From assembly GCA_009914755.4 (NCBI GenBank), contig CP068257.2, positions 43,872,001 through 43,936,000 of the forward strand: 64,000 bases of DNA. Direction: 5' to 3'. The notes beneath the pieces are model-generated. The model made no database searches, was not told the origin of the DNA, and worked only from the letters and a program-made list of their open reading frames with translations. The stretch is from the human T2T-CHM13v2.0 reference genome, Homo sapiens. Of this stretch, positions 62,916 through 64,000 are shown piece after piece (position 1 is the stretch's first letter; each line of letters starts with the position of its first letter). Made by a program: the position numbers and the translations under genes.

Positions 62916-63249
<334 letters not shown>

Positions 63250-64000
63250 TCATGGTATGTTCTCTGGCCAATCGGAAATATATCAGGTATTAATAATACA
63301 AAGATTTCTGAATAATCTCTAAATATTTACAAACTGAAAACAGATATCTGAATAACCCACCAGTCAAAGAAACGACGAACAAGGAAATTAGAAAGTATTT
63401 TAAACTGGTTGAAGATGAAAACACAATTTGAGATTCTTTTTCTGCCTTCTCTGGTTTTAACTGAGCATCTTACATGATTCTGTACACATTCCATGTATTT
63501 CTTTTCTTTGCATATCAATTTTTATTAAAAAATTTTTAAGGTGTTTTCCTAGAGTTTGCAATATACACTTACAACTAATCTAAATCCACTTTCAAATAAC
63601 GCTATGTTGCTCCACATACAAGTATCTTGTAACAGAATATTCCCAGTCCTCTCCCATCCCTTACCACATTGCTGTCATTTGTTTTACTTACCTATATGCT
63701 ATAATCACCCAATATCATTATAATTATTACTTTTAATAAATAGTTGTATTTTAGATCAACTAAGAATAAGGGGGGGAGGATTTTATATTTATTCATCCTC
63801 AAACACTTAGTTTCTTTATATAGATTCAAGTTTCTGACCTATATAATTTCCTTCTTCCTAAGGAACTTCTTCTAATATTTCTGGTAGAGCATGTCTGCTG
63901 GTGATTAATTCTCTCCATTTTTATTTGTCTGAGAACATTTTTATTTTTCCCTTACGCTGAAGAATAATTTTACTGGATATAGAACTCGAAGTTGGTGGAG

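Overview
This window is human genomic DNA from chr21q22.3, not a prokaryotic or mobile-element locus. It holds the 3' end of COL18A1 on the + strand. Its last ten exons are resolved, including the four exons that encode the C-terminal endostatin fragment, plus the stop codon and about 1.3 kb of 3'UTR. The reduced folate carrier gene SLC19A1 lies tail-to-tail with it on the - strand. All five of its coding exons are resolved: 189+760+202+142+483 nt gives 1776 nt, which is 591 codons plus stop. A CpG-island promoter with a 61-bp tandem repeat sits about 4 kb upstream of the SLC19A1 first coding exon.

The introns and flanks are packed with GC-rich minisatellites (44-bp, ~30-bp, 20-bp, 61-bp and 64-bp units). 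There are also truncated plus-strand L1 elements with nested Alu insertions and at least ten Alu copies. A second CpG island lies near 52 kb.

I see no evidence of an undescribed protein-coding system. Every long ORF outside the two genes lies inside tandem repeats or CpG islands and looks like a low-complexity read-through. The observations worth a second look are allelic and structural. The sequence carries endostatin Asn104 and SLC19A1 Arg27 codons; from memory both are common non-reference alleles. The SLC19A1 first coding exon has an apparent GC (non-GT) splice donor. A 64-bp E-box-containing tandem array, derived from that exon-intron junction, abuts the donor, and a partial pseudo-exon copy lies 1.9 kb further into the intron. 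Upstream there is a 1.5-kb C-rich 20-bp repeat array next to the second CpG island.
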